Positions 11,320 to 24,820 are shown, numbered from the stretch's first letter. The stretch is 64,000 nucleotides of DNA from Sphyrna mokarran (GCA_024679065.1 JAGIQG010000009.1:75516001-75580000); one strand, 5' to 3'. The notes: generated by a model not told the origin, from the sequence alone. A program made the numbers and translations.

Positions 11320-12800
11320 CAAGTCAATACAGCACAAAGGAGGCTATTCAATCCATCAAGTGCATACCAGCTCTGTGTACAGCAATCCAATCAGTCCCAT
11401 TGTTCGCTCTTTTCTTCTAAACCTGTAACTTTATTTCCCATCCAATTTCTCTTGAAATCACTTATTGTCTCCACTTCGAACACACTCATGGTTAGCATGT
11501 TCCACACTATTACCACTCACTACAGAAAACAGTTCCTCCTCACATACTTGATTCACATTTCTCATCCCAAACCTGAAATCTGTGTGCCTTGTTCTTTGAA
11601 CCATTGGCTAATGGGAACAGCTTTTTTTTATCTACCTTATTCAAACCTATCATAATCTTGTACACCTCCATCAAATCTTCTGTCAATCCTCTTTACTCCA
11701 AGGAGAACACCCCAACTTCTACAACCAAACCTTGAAGTTAAAATCCCTTATCCTTTGGCCATACAAGTAAATCTCTGCTCCCTCTCACAGGCCAACACAC
11801 TCTTTCTAAAATGTGGTGACCAGAACTAGATGTAATCATCTAGTTGTGGATGAATCCATGGAGTTTAATAAAGATTCAGTGTATCTTCTTCAATATCTTT
11901 TCAATAATTATGTGGTGGCGCAGAGGTTAGCACTGTTGTCTCACATCTTCAGGGACCTGGGTTCCATCACTGGCTTGGGTCACTCTCTGTGTGGACTTTG
12001 CACATTCTCCCCATGTTTGCGTGGGTTTCCTCCGGGTGCCCACACTTCAAAGATGTGTGACTTAGGTTGATTGGCCATGCTAAATTGTCTCTTAGTGTCC
12101 TGGGATGTGTAGGTTAGAGGGATTAGCAGGGTAAATATGTGGACTGACATGGATAGGGCCTAGGTGAGATTGTTGTCAGTGCAGAATTGTTGGGCTGAAT
12201 GGCCTCCTTCTGCACTGTAGGGTTTCTATGATTCTGTGATCTTGATTTATGAAGCCCAAGTTCCTCCAACTGCTCTCCACCACTGCCTTCAAAGATCTAA
12301 TCACATGAACCCCAAATCTCTACCCGCACGAACTCCAAATCTAGCTGGCAGACTCTTCAAAACTATGCCATTCAGTTTATATTGCCACTTCCTATCTCTT
12401 CTGCCAAAATGCATCACCTCTTCTCTTTATCAAATTCCATCTGTCACTTATCTGCTCCATCTAATAACCTATCTATATCCTATTGCAGGTGACTGGTATT
12501 ATTGTCACTGCCACTCTTCCAAGTTTGGTATCAATGGCAAATTTTAAAATTTTATTCTGTAATAAAAATCCAAGTCATTTATCTATATCAAAAAAAAGTT
12601 GTTAAAGTGACCCTTGAAGAATGCTAGTATCTACAATTCTCCAACCTGAAAACAACTATTTACCATAACATGGTGCTTACTGTCTTTGAGCCAATTTGTT
12701 ATTCAAGTTGACACTGACCCTCCTATTACATGACTCTCAATTTTGTTAAATAGCCTTTGATGTGATACTTTGGCAAGAACATCCTTAAAATCCATTGGGA
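11320..12800 (-). mobile_element. Old CR1 LINE fragment interrupted by a SINE
   Basis: Decayed reverse-strand CR1 ORF2 C-terminus and 3' UTR motifs (CCATCAAATCTTC, GGTGACCAGAACT, CCAAAATGCATCACCTC). Confidence 0.6.
11912..12235 (+). mobile_element. HE1/V-SINE-type SINE
   Basis: Head GGTGGCGCAGAGGTTAGCACTG, V-domain, tail TTCTATGATTCTGTG. Confidence 0.85.
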
Positions 12801-12899
12801 CACTTTAACTTTTTTTAATTTGTGTCACAAGTAGACTTACATTAACACTGCAATTAAGTTACTGTGAAAATCGCCTAGTTGCCATATCATGGTGCCTGG

Positions 12900-13640
12900 G
12901 TGAAATAAGTGATTTGTTAATTTGTGGTCAACAGTTATAGTTCCATCTCACTCTGTATAGTTAGGAAACTGGAATTAAATAAAAAGCAAAGAATTGGATA
13001 AAAGTGAAACTGATAGGGATTTAGCTGCACTGAGGACTCGTGAAGTGCAAATTAGCTGAGTAGAAGAGTGAAACAGATACTTTGTTAAGCAAAGTGGAGA
13101 CTAGCAGTCTAGTGATTTGGATTATAACCACAACTAATTGAAAAGCAGAGCTCTCTCAGAGAGAATTAAGCTGTTGTACAGAAAATAGCAGAAGTCTGTC
13201 TGTGCAGACCCCATTAACTCAACCCTAAAGGTTCCCAAAAGAAAACTACAGTCTTGTGTGGCAATTATTTGCTGAATTTGGTCCATTGTGTTAAAATCTA
13301 TGGAATTATGTTTTGAGGTAGGTGGAATCTCAGAGTTTAGGAAAGTAGATAAATGTAGTTGGGGGAAGGGGGGTTAATTTAAGTATTCTGTCTGAGTAAA
13401 CATTATTGTGGTTAATTATAAATGTTGTTTTTTATTGTTGCCATTCTTTTATGTATTTTAAGTTTAATAAACCTTTTGTTATTTAAATAATTTACAAGGT
13501 TAATCCTTTCCTCATCAGGTTCATCTCTTTTCTCACATTTTTTCCAAATCACAAAAGTAAATAGTTAAGAACTGACCTTCCAAGATTCTCTTCAGAGATT
13601 TGGGATAACCTTACAGTGAACATCAGATGGGTTCATCACA
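12900..13640 (+). mobile_element. Possible solo LTR
   Basis: AT-rich ~740-bp block with an AATAAA signal, ending in ...CATCACA, directly after a SINE-tail fragment (12815-12897). No second copy in the window. Confidence 0.25.
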
Positions 13641-13899
13641 ATGTACATATATATCTCAAAGCAGTCTATTACAATAACTGCTTGTGCTTCTATAGCCCCT
13701 CTAATATAGTCATACATCTCAATGTTCTTCATTGAAGACTTATCAGACAGAGCTAATGTAAAGAGGTAATAGGACAGATGACCATTAGTTTCAGCTAGAT
13801 TTTAAGGAACATCTTAAAAGAGGTAAGAAAAGTTGAGATGTTTGGATAGGAAACTCCAGTGTTTAAGGCCCAGGCTGTTGATGACAAATACTCTGTTTC

Positions 13900-14560
13900 A
13901 ACACCATTCTCCCATTCTTTCTCTGTATTCCTTGATGCCTTTACTGTCCAAAAATCAATCAATTTCCTCCTTAAATATATTCAATGATTTGGCCTCCACA
14001 GCCTTCTGTGGAAGATGATTCCACAGGTTCACCAGCCTCTAAGTGAAGAAATCGTTCTTCATTTCAGTCCTAAATGCCCTACTCTGTATCCTGAGATTTT
14101 TACCTCTTGTTCTGGATCCCTTTGCCCCAGCCAGGGGAAACAGCATTCCTGCATCCAGTCTGTCCAGCCTGTCAGAATTTTATACATTTCAATTGGATCC
14201 GCTTCCATTCTTCCAAAACCCCAGTGAATACAGGTCTAGTCCACTTCCCTCCTCAGATGACAATCCCGTCATCCCAAGAATCAATCTGGTAAACCATTGT
14301 TGCACTCCCCCTCTAGCAAATATATCTTTTTTTAGGCAAGGAGACCAAATGCACACAATATTCCAGCTGTAGTCTCACCAAGGCCATGTACAGCTCCTGT
14401 AAGCCATCCTTGCTCCTCTACTGAAATCTTCTTGCAATGAAAGCCAACATGCTGTTTACCTTTCTAATCAATTGTTGTGACTGCATGCTTGTTCTCTGTG
14501 ACTGGCATACAAGGATACCCAGATTCTTTTGTATGTCAATATTTCTCAATTCTAGCTAGA
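13900..14560 (-). mobile_element. Old CR1 LINE 3' fragment
   Basis: Reverse-strand CR1 motifs (GCCTCCACAGCCTTCTGTGG, GGAGACCAAA...CACAATATTCCAG...CTCACCAAGG). Confidence 0.75.
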
Positions 14561-14714
14561 TTCACCTGTTCCAACTTCTGAAACACCTTGCTTTTCTAGG
14601 GTAATCTGAGGTAAACTGGACATTTTTCAGGACCGAAATTTAGAGCCTTAGGCCATTTAAGAGTTTGCTGAACAGGTGCTACTTGATAGCCCCTTCCAGC
14701 ACTTCACTCAAGAC

Positions 14715-16270
14715 CGAGAGTAATCTAATTGACCAGGTTGGATTTGTCCCGGTTTTTGTGTACAGGACATACCTGGCCAATTTTCCACATTGTTGGGTAG
14801 ATGCCAGTGTTGTAACTATAGTGGGAGAGCTTGGCTATGAGAGCAACATGTTCTGGAGCATAAGTCTTCAGTACTATTGCCAGAATTTTATCAGGGCCCA
14901 TTGCCTTTTCAGTATCCGGTGCTTCCAACCATTTCTTGATATCACGTGGAATAAATCGAGTTGGTTGGAGACTGACATCTGAGATGCTAGAGATTATTGG
15001 AGGAGGTCAAAATGGATTATTTTCTTAGCACTTCTGGCTGAAGATTGCTGTGAATACTTCAGCCTTATCTTTTGCACTGATGTGCTGGGCTCCTCCATCA
15101 TTGAGGATGGGGATATTTATGGAACTTCTCCTCCAGTGAGTTGTTTAATTGTTCACCAACATTCTCGACTGGATGTGGAACAACTGCAGAGCTTAAATCT
15201 GACCCATTGGTTGTGGGATCACTTAGCTCTGTCTATCACTTGCTGTTTTTGCCATTTGGCATGCCAGTACTTGTGTCTGATAGCTTCACCTGGTGGACAC
15301 TTCATTTCTAGGTGTGCCTGTGTCTGCTCCTAGCATTTCCTCCTGCACTCTTCATAGAACTAGGGAGTCAATCCCTTGGCTTGATGGTAATGGTTGAGTG
15401 AGGGATATGCCAGGCCATGAGGTTGTAGATTATGCTGGAGTGCAATTCTGCTGCTGTTGATAGCCCTCAGTACCTGATGGATGCCCAATGTTGAGTTGCT
15501 TGATTGGTTTAAAGTCTGTTCTATTTAGCACGGTGATAATGCCATACAGCATAATGGAGGTTATTCTCAATGTGAAGGCAAGATTTTGTCTCCACAAGGA
15601 CTGTGCAGTGGTCACTCTTACCAACACTATCATGGACAGATGCATCTGCAGGATGATGTTATTTCCTCTTGTTAGTTCCTTCATTACCTGTTGCAGACCC
15701 AGTTAAGTTTTATATCCTTTAAGACCCAATCAGCTCAATCAATGGTGCTGATGCTAAGCCATTCTTAGTGATGGACATTGGAATCCCCCATCCAGAGTAC
15801 ATTTTGAATCCTTGCTTCCTCCAGCGTTTCCTCCAAGTGTGCCCAACATGGAGGAATACTGATTCATCAGCCAAAGGAGGACAGTATGTTATAACCAGGA
15901 AGAGGTTTCCTTGCCCATATTTAACATGAAGCAATGAGACTTCGTGGTCTCCGGAGTCAATGTTAAAGACTCCCAAGGCAACTGCCTCCCCACTGTATAC
16001 CATGGTGCCGCCACCTCTGCTGGGTCTGTCCCGCCGCTGGGACAAGACATATCCAGGGATGGTAATGGTATGACTCTCTGAGAATGACAATGTCAGGCTG
16101 TTGCTTAACTAATTTGTGAGACAGCCCTCCCAATTTTGTCACTAGCCCCCAGACATTACAAGAAGGACTTTGCAGGGTCGACAGGGCTGCTTGTTTTGCC
16201 ATTGTCTTTTCCGATGCTGAGGTCGATGCCAGGTGGTCCATCCATTTCATTTCTTTGTTGACACTTTGCA
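14715..16270 (-). mobile_element. Degenerate non-LTR retrotransposon: APE endonuclease and RT N-terminal region
   Basis: Frameshifted peptides CNVWGLVTKLGGLSHKLVKQQPDIVILRES, RRDRPSRGGGTMVY, LVITYCPP (APE) and KAMGPDKI...MWKIGQVCPVHK (pre-RT). Confidence 0.85.
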
Positions 16271-16279
16271 GTGATTGTT

Positions 16280-16402
16280 ACAACTTAGTGACTTGCTAGA
16301 CCATTTTGGAGGGCACTTAAGAGTCAGCCACATTGCTGTGGCTCTGGAGTCACATGCAGGCCAGACCAGGTAAGGACAACAGATTTCCTTCCCTAAAGGT
16401 CT
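16280..16402 (-). mobile_element. MER131-like SINE body directly 5' of the LINE ORF
   Basis: Reverse complement CCTTTAGGGAAGGAAATCTG...ATGTGACTCCAGAGCCACAGCAATGTGG...CTAGCAAG is shared with 35220-35465 and 62408-62700. Confidence 0.7.
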
Positions 16403-17149
16403 TTAATTAATCCATTTCTTGGGAGGTCTAGGTTTAACAATGATTGGAACGATGGGACCTCGGAGTGCAGCTCTCTCAACGCTGCTCTGGAATGCCACCT
16501 GATAATCTCCTGACTAAGTGCTGAGGAGAGTGTTCCCACTGAGAGCACACAAGCGGCTCTCATACTGTCACATGTTTCATATATCCAGGTGGTCTGAGAG
16601 TCAAAGGAAAATTGTAACCTCAATTATTCTGCGTGATGCTATTGTCTGAGCGCCGACTGTGTTGCTGGCAAATTCCCCTGTCTGTTATTTTAAATGTACT
16701 CATTTTAAATGGGTTAACACCTCTGTTAGAGTACTGGACTGAAGAACTTGAGGGATCAGACCGGAGAGTCTGATGGCATGATTTCCGGGCTTATGGTTGC
16801 AGCTGACTGGCTCAGATGAGCTCATCCTCAATTCCCAGTGCTTCCATCCAGAAATGTTGAGTCTAATTGGTTACAAGTAACTGAAGACAAACCTCTTTAT
16901 AATTTTCTGTCTCGTTCTCGTCTCTCATTCTGAAGCAGCTGTCAGACTTGCATCCCCTCCCCCTCCCGTTCCAGTCCTTGTATAATTCTCCTGCACAGCA
17001 CTGAGGATAATTACAGCCAGAGTTTCCTTTTCCTTCCGTACTTTCCCTCTGGGTCCTACCACGTTCAGGAAGACAAATCACCCGGGCCTGATGATCCTTA
17101 ATTATATTGCTGTCACTGTTATCCCCAGATGTTCCCTCCTTAAAAGGGA

Positions 17150-17480
17150 AGAACTTGCATTTATATAGCATCTTTCACAACCCAGAAGGTTCCCGTAGCT
17201 CTTTGTAGCTGCTCCTGAAGTACAATTCCCTTTGTTGCATAGGAAGTGTGGCTGCTAATTTGTACTCAGACTCTTTAATGAGGCTAACTGAGGGATAAAT
17301 AATTGTCAAGGACTGAGGGAAAATATCTTTCTTCAAAATTAATGAAATTATTAACCAAAAAAGCAGTGAGATCATGTTCTTCGTGAGGTCAGTCAGAGAG
17401 AACAGCCCAGAATACACTTCAAATAAAAGCATTCTCCATTTTACTGAGATTTCTCCCTCTGATCTTGATTTCTAATCTGT
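17150..17480 (-). mobile_element. Ancient DeuSINE-like remnant
   Basis: L2-type tail (AACTTGCATTTATATAGCA on +) and a Deu-domain-like TGAGGGATAAAT...TCTTCAAAAT segment. Heavily eroded. Confidence 0.4.
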
Positions 17481-17720
17481 CATAGAATCATAGAATCGTG
17501 ACAATGCAGAAGGAGGTCGTTCAGTTCATCGAGCATAGTACCTCCCAGACCCTATCCCTGTAACTCTACATATTTACTCTGCTAATCCCTTTGAGAAGCA
17601 ATTTAGCTTAACCTGCACATCTTTGGAGTATGGGAGGAAACCTATGCAGATACAGGGAAAATGTGCAAACTCCACACAGTCACCTGAGGCCAGGATTGAA
17701 TCTGGGTCCCTGACGCTGTG
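17480..17720 (-). mobile_element. HE1/V-SINE-type SINE (internally deleted)
   Basis: CATAGAATCATAGAAT tail, TGCAAACTCCACACAG V-domain and ATTGAATCTGGGTCCCTG B-box region. Confidence 0.75.
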
Positions 17721-20480
17721 ACTTACATTGTCAGAAGTTCAGACCTATGCTGGAACACAAATCACACCTCACGAGTAACTTTGGCAAAATGTTGTCTGGC
17801 TGTATCCTCCAGCGGGATCATCTAGTCTCATCAAAAAGGACACCTCCCCCAGCCCTCCAACGCTGATTCCCTGGAAGCAGAGGGTGAGAACAATGGGAAA
17901 ACCCATCAACAGTGGTGGAACCAGAAGATCCCGCTACCAGCCACTGCCAGGCCACCTCTGAATAAGTGGACAAGCGTGCTCCCACTGAGAATACACCATG
18001 GTGGGCATGGAAAATCACAGCCAGTGTGTGACATTCTCCTTAATAGGAGCAAACATGGGCAGCAGAATGTGTAAAGAAGAGCAGAACTGTCTAAAAGGAA
18101 TCATCATCCATGGTGGTTCTAACATGCATCATTTGTAGCTATAGTTTCACCTTGATTTACGAACAGGAAGGGATGGGGTACCATCCTATCTACATCAAAA
18201 TGTTCAAGACAGAGAACTTCAGGACAAGATATCATAGGAGGGTGCAGTTCTTTCTAGGGTATGTGGGCTAACTCCCCACTTCTGGTCCAGAAGTTTACTC
18301 TGGCTATCAACAACTCAAGACTGCCAAATTATTGTTTGCGGGCAGCACATTTATTCCTCATTCCAAAATCTTAGGCTCAATAAGAATTATCCTTACACTG
18401 CCACGTGGGCAATGCTTGTTCGCGAGTCAGAACGGGACGAGTGCTCAGTTCTGTCCTTCTGGAGCACAATTTCTTAAACCCTGCTCTAGGTATGCTGCCT
18501 GCCTGATCGGCTCTGGCTTGGCCAAACCTTCCTTCCCAAGGCTGAGTGATTGGCCAGTTGTCTGTTGACACAACACCAGTCACAGTCAGTTGACCTTGCA
18601 CCAGCCTCTGTCATCACTTGGTTGCTGGCAGTCTCCTCAGGCCTCAGCTACCTGGTATAGTTAGCTCCATGTTCTTCAGTCCCTACACAATAACAAACCA
18701 TTGACTCATCTCCACCAACATTCCAGACTTGCCAAATCCCCTTCTTCTTACATCCAGAGACTTGCTCACTACACTCAGTTATCCATGTACACCCTTTCCT
18801 CTCTACCAAGTTAGATGGGGGTTGCTGAGAGTTGGAATCCAGGCCTAGCTGATGAAGTGAAATGCCCCCCCTCTCTGCCAGCTGCAAAAGACCCAACAGG
18901 AGCCTGAATTTGGTCCAGACTAAATTCACAAACTTCATTGTTTGGCATCAAATGAGCAGAATCAATGAGCAATATGTATCAATCTTCTGTGGGTTAACTT
19001 GGGACAGATTCCCTGGAATCATCCACTTCCGATGGCTGAGGAAATCATCCCAGAGATATAAACTGGGATGTTTCAGTCCTTCCCACCATGGGACTGGAAA
19101 ATCCTAACATTCTTTCGTCCTTCTGAATTGGGGTTTTGCTGCCGGACAAATCGAAGGACAATATTGAGAACAATGATGAGACTCGTATTGAATAAGCACA
19201 GAAGGCATTAATGGCTCTACCCAAGCTGGGAATGCATTAACTAGTGAAAGTAGGTATTAAAAACAGAGACATCTTTCATTCACCAAGCACCAAGAACCAA
19301 AACAAACCTTCAACAAAAAAGCTCCTTAAAATCAAGAGCAGTAAAAAAATCTCTATGAAGCTATGTCAAATATCAGCTTGGTCTATGTGAACACCAAGAT
19401 GAACAGTGCCTGTTCTGGGAACTCAGATTCCTGGTTTCAAGCACTCAACTGATACATTACGTCAAATTTCACAATTAAGCAATATCGTGTCACTGGTTTC
19501 TATCTTGAAACAAAGGAAATAGTGACTAAACTGTAGGAGATAAATTAGATAATGCATTTGGGCAGAGTTAAATTATAAGTGATTGCCTTAAGATTCACTA
19601 GGCTGTAATTCAGTCATGTTTATATTTCTTCACATTTTTGGAGCCTAGAAATTGTCTCCACAATTTTAGTGTAAATACACTTAGCACATTCATATCAAGT
19701 CTCCTGTCCACTATTCCAGTGGGGATGTTGGAGCAGTAACCCATTTACAGAAAATAATTAAGCAATTTCCACTAAAGTAACAGATAAGGAAATGATACAT
19801 TGGTTAAGTTTTCCAGTGATAGTATCACCCCAAGTAATTTCTAGAGTCCTGATGGTTTCCTGGGAGTTGGTTAACTTTATATTGTCAGCGTATGAATTTA
19901 GAATTCACTCAATATTAGAACATCATGCTGGAGATCTGTTAAATCTAATCACTGCTGAACGCAGGGAGTAAAGGATGCAATTACATTTCACTTATTTGTC
20001 TCGTTTTGTAACCAAGAAGGGTAATAAAACATACTGTCCTCTCCCAGTCTATGAACCTATGCTTTCTTTTATTGCATTACACTAGATCACACAAAGCTGA
20101 TGTGCTCTATTCTTATAAAATAACCCGATTAAGTGTCCCCCCCCTCCTATTTTCTCTCTCTCTCTCTCTCTCAGTAGACTGTCTGGATGGACTGGCAGAC
20201 TAGGGATATTTGTTGGTCTCCCTTCTTTCCAGACAGGAATTTAGCAAATCATCTCCGACCAATTTCCTAGCCAGAAAATGGTCAATAAGTGAGGTAGCCA
20301 ATCTTGTAGGATTGTCATGAAGTCTCTGAAAATGAAGGGTCAGTCTCCTGGACATACTCACAAGTAACCCCAGGACAAAAATTAGAAGGGCTTTTTAACA
20401 AAATTACAATTTTTAAATATTTTGATTGAGCACTTCATTTCTTTATTGTAAATATATTGGAGATAGGAAAAGAACACACA

Positions 20481-21255
20481 CAAGAACGTAAGAAATAGAA
20501 GCAGGATTTGGCTTCCTGGCCCTTCAAGTCTACCCTTCCGTTCAGTGTGATCATGGCTGATCTATGCCAACCTCAGCTCCTTTTCCATGCCATCTCCCCA
20601 TTGCCTTCTATTCCTTGAACTATAAAATATTTATCCACTTCCACTTTAAATATTTCTAATGATCCAACCTCCACCAGCCTTTGGAGCAGAGAATTCCAGA
20701 AATTCACTACCCTCTGTGGGAAGTAATTTCAATGCATCTCAGTTTTAAATGACTGGCCCTTTAGCTTGTAACTATGTCTCCTTGTTCAAGCATCTACCCT
20801 GCCAAGCCTCCTCTGGATCTTGTACATTTGAATAAGGTCACCTCTCACTCTTCTAAACTTTAAGAAATACAGACCCAGACTAGTCTCTTTTGATAGGACA
20901 ACTTTCTCATCTCAGGAATTAGATTGGTGAATCTCCTTTGATATGCTTCCCATATTATTATATCCTCTTTAAGGTAAGGGGACCAAAACTGTACATAGTA
21001 TTCCCAGGTGAGACCTCACCAACTTCCTGTCCAGTTGCAACAAAACTTCCCTATTTTTAAACTCCAACCCCTTTGCGCTAAAGTCCAAAATGCTGTTTGC
21101 CTTCTTAACTATTTGCTTGACCTACTTGCGAGCTTTTTGTGATTCATGCACTAGGACACCTAGATCCCTTAGCATTTCACTCATCTGCAGCCTCTCCCCA
21201 TTTTGATAATACTCTGTCTTTTGATTCCTCTTACCAAAGTGCATGATCTCACTAA
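20481..21255 (-). mobile_element. Old CR1 LINE 3' fragment
   Basis: Tail AAGAACGTAAGAAATAG and reverse CR1 ORF2 motifs (GATCATGGCTGATCT, GGGGACCAAAACTG). Confidence 0.8.
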
Positions 21256-21680
21256 ACATGAAATATTAATTTTACATACTCTTTGCCAATTCACACATGG
21301 CTCATGTACTAATCCAGAGGTTATAAAGCTGGGATAAATGGAAGTCATATTGAGGTTATATGGTTAAAAACACCAGAATTGCATCTAACAATACAAGAAG
21401 GGGTGAGAAAAATGCCAATTGCCTCCACTCTCAACTATCACACACACACCTCCCAAAATCTCCTCCAGTCACCAATATCACACCCACTCCCAATATTACT
21501 CCCCCTTCCTCACTATCCCACTCTTATACCTCCTATCATCACTAACCCACTAACTCCCTACTCCCCACTATGACTCCCTACTCCCCAAAGTGTCTCCACT
21601 CACCGAAATATCCCCACTATCCCTTCCAACTCACCACTATTGCTTCTAACTCACCGCTATCAGCCTCTCATTACACATAA

Positions 21681-21803
21681 TGGGTGGGATTTTCTGGCCT
21701 GCGCTCATCCAGAAAATCCCTCCTGAGGGCAACAGATCTTTCCATGGTCCGCTGTTGCCCACTCTGATTTCTGTGAAGGGCGGGGATGGGAAATTTTGCT
21801 TCT
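21681..21803. mobile_element. Degenerate short MITE-like element
   Basis: TGGGTGGGATTTTC...GAAAATCCC...GAAATTTTGCTTC. Related to 8311-8440. Confidence 0.4.
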
Positions 21804-21954
21804 ATGCTTTAAAACTCCTCAATATTCTCCCTGTGTTCAGCATCCACCCAAAAAAACCACTCTCCCCACAAGCCCATCAGCCCCCACTTTCAACTATTCC
21901 CCATCATTTGCCACTATCCACCCCAATACACATTATCTCCACACAACCCAAAGC

Positions 21955-24460
21955 ACACCCCACACTGACCCCATTGTCCAGTTCAGATTGACCCCATTAT
22001 CCACATTGACCCCATTGTCCATTTCATACCAACTCCATTGTCCAATTCACACTGACCCCATTGTCCATTTCATACCAACCCCATTGTCCAGTTCCACACT
22101 GCCCCCGTGTCGTACGCCCCCCTTGTCGAGTTCCACACTGCCCCCCTTGTCGAGTTAACACTGCCCCCCTTGTCGAGTTCCACACTGCCCCCCTTTGTCG
22201 AGCCACACTGCCCCCCCTTGTCCAGTTCCACACTGCTCCCCCCATTCACACCGCCCCCTTGTCCAGTTCCACACCGCCCACCTTGTTCCAGTTCCACACT
22301 GCCCCCCTTGTCCAGTTCCACACTGCCCCCCTTGTCGAGGTCCACACTGCCCCCCTTGTCGATTCCACACTGCCCCCCTTGTCGAGTTCCACACACTGCC
22401 CCCCTGTCCAGAGCCCCCTTGTCCTTCCACACGGCCCCCTTGTCCAGTTCCACACTGCCCCCCCCAGTTCCACACTGCCCCCCCAGTTCCACACTGCCCC
22501 CCTTGTCCAGTTTCCACGTCCACACTGTTCCCCCCCCTTGTCCAGTTCCACTGCCCCCTTGTCCAGTTCCACACTGCCCCCCCTTGTCCAGTTCCACACT
22601 GGCCCCCCTGCCTCCGAGCCAGTTCACACCGCCCCCCCTTCACCTGTCAGAGTTCCACGCCCCCTGCCTCCGCCCCCCCCTTGTCCAGTTCACACTGCCC
22701 CCCTTGTCCAGTTCCACACTTGTCCCACACTGGTCCGTTCCACACGCCCCCCCTCCAGTTGCCATCCACACTGCCCCTTCCACCCTTGTCAGTTCCAGCC
22801 CATTCCACACTGCCCCCCCTTGTCCAGTTCCCTCACTGCCCCCCCTTGTCCAGTTCCACACTGCCCCTCCCTTGTCCAGTTCCACACTGCTTGCCCCCCC
22901 TTGTCCATTCCACCACCTGCCCCCCTTGTCCAGTTCCACACTGCCCCCTTGTCCACTTCCAGTTCCACACTGCCCCCCCTTTGTCCAGTTCCACATGCCC
23001 CCCTTGTCCAGTTCCACACTGCCCCCCATTGTCCAGTTCCACACTGCCCCTCTTTTGATTCCAGGTCCACTGCCCCCCCATTGTCCCAGTTCCACACTGC
23101 CCCCCCTTGTCCAGTTCCCACTGCCGTCCTTTCTGCAGTTCCACACTGCCCCCCCTTTGTCCATGTTCCACTCCAGTCACACTGCCCCTTGTCCAGTCCC
23201 CCTTGTCAGTTCCAGCTTCCACCACACTGCCCCCCTTGTCCAGTTCCACACTGTCCCCCCTTGTCCAGTTCCACACTGCCCCTCACTGCATTGCCCCCAC
23301 ACTTGTCCAGTTCCACACCACACTGCCCCCCTTGCCAGTTCACAATGCCCCCCTTGTCCAGTTCCACACTGCCCCCCCTTGTCAGTTCCACACTGCCCCC
23401 CCTTGTCCAGTCCACACTGCCCCCCCTTGTCCAGTGTCCACACACTGCCCCCCCTTGTCCAGTTCCACACTGCCCCCCTTGTCCAGTTCCACACCGCCCC
23501 CCCCCCTTGTCCAGTTCCACACTGCCACCCTTGTCCAGTTCACACTGCCCCCTTGTCCAGTTCACACTGCCCCTTTGTCCACCCCCCCTTGTCCAGTTCC
23601 ACACTGCCCCCCCCAGTTCACACTGCCCCCTGTCCATCCCACTGCCCCCTGCAGTTCACCACTGCCCCCCCTTGTCCTTCCACACTGCCCCCCTTGTCCA
23701 GTTCCACTGCCCCCTTGTCCGTTCCACACTGCCCCTCTTGTCCAGTTCCACACTGCCCCCCTTGTCCACAGTTCCACTGCCCCCTGTCCGTCCACACTGC
23801 TTGTCAGTTCCACACTGCCCCCATTGTCCGTTCCACACTGCCCACCTTGTCCAGTTCCACCTGCCCTCATTGTCCAGTCCACACTGCCCCTCATTGTCCA
23901 GTTCCACACTGCCCCCATTGTCCAAGTTCCACACTGCCCCCCCTTGTCCAGTTCCACACTGCCCTGTCCAGTTCCACAATGCCGTTTCCACACTGCCCCT
24001 TCATTGTCCAGTTCCCCTTTGTCCAGTTCCACACTGCACCCTCATTGTCCAGTTCCACACTGCCCCTCTTGTCCAGTTCCCAGCACTGCCCCCCTTGTCC
24101 AGTCCCACACTGCCCCCCTTGTCCAGTCCCACACTGCCCCCCTTGTCCAGTCCCACACTGCCCCCCTTGTCCAGTGCACATTCACTCTGTTGTCTAGATC
24201 CAGACTGACCCTATTGTCCAGTTCTGCACTGACCCTATTGTCCAATTCCATACTGTCCCATTGATCAGTTCACATTGACCCTGTTGTCCAGTTCCAGACT
24301 GATCCCTTTGAACAGTTCCACACTGACCCCTTTGACCAGTTCCACACTGACCCCTTTGACCAGTTCACAATGACCTTGTTGTCCAGTTCCAAACTGGTTC
24401 CATTGTTCACACTGATCCCATTGTCCAATCCACACTGACCCTGTTTCCAGTCCACAATGT
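21955..24460. repeat. ~24-bp C-rich minisatellite (TTGTCCAGTTCCACACTGCCCCCC)n
   Basis: About 100 units with many indels in the centre. Explains all the overlapping ORFs from 22024 to 24455. Confidence 0.97.
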
Positions 24461-24489
24461 TTTCATAGCAGCGGCATGTGTGAAAAATA

Positions 24490-24580
24490 AAAGCAGTAAG
24501 TTCTGGAAATGTTCATCAGGTCCGGCAGCATCTGTGGAGGGAGAGAAAGAGTTAATGTTCAGATCAATGATATTTGACAA
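24490..24580 (-). mobile_element. Short Penelope-derived repeat fragment (second family; related piece at 33460-33520)
   Basis: CAGCATCTGTGGAGGGAGAGAAAGAGTTAATGTT matches a recalled abundant shark PLE-derived terminus. Confidence 0.35.
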
Positions 24581-24820
24581 GACATCTCCTCTGGATCATC
24601 ACTTCTCCACATCTTTCTGCTCCTTCTTCCTGTCACCACTGTATTCATTCAATTCTCAAGTCCCTATTAGCAAGGTAGAAAATGGGCAAAATCATTTTGA
24701 GAGATCACAGTGGACTGAGGAAATTTCTGGGTTAAACCTGATGAATGAGTAAATAGCAGTTCAATCAATGAGTGTCACTGAGCATTCAGTTTGTTTATAT
24801 CATTAAGTGAATGATCTTAC

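Noticed and set aside
18100-19230. Possible very old LINE remnant
   Set aside because: No diagnostic peptide motif could be read in any frame.
22061-24264. 715-aa, 696-aa and other Pro/His/Cys-rich ORFs (extensin- or mucin-like)
   Set aside because: They are translations of a 24-bp minisatellite with no stop codons. Several frames on both strands are open at once, and indels are not frame-preserving.
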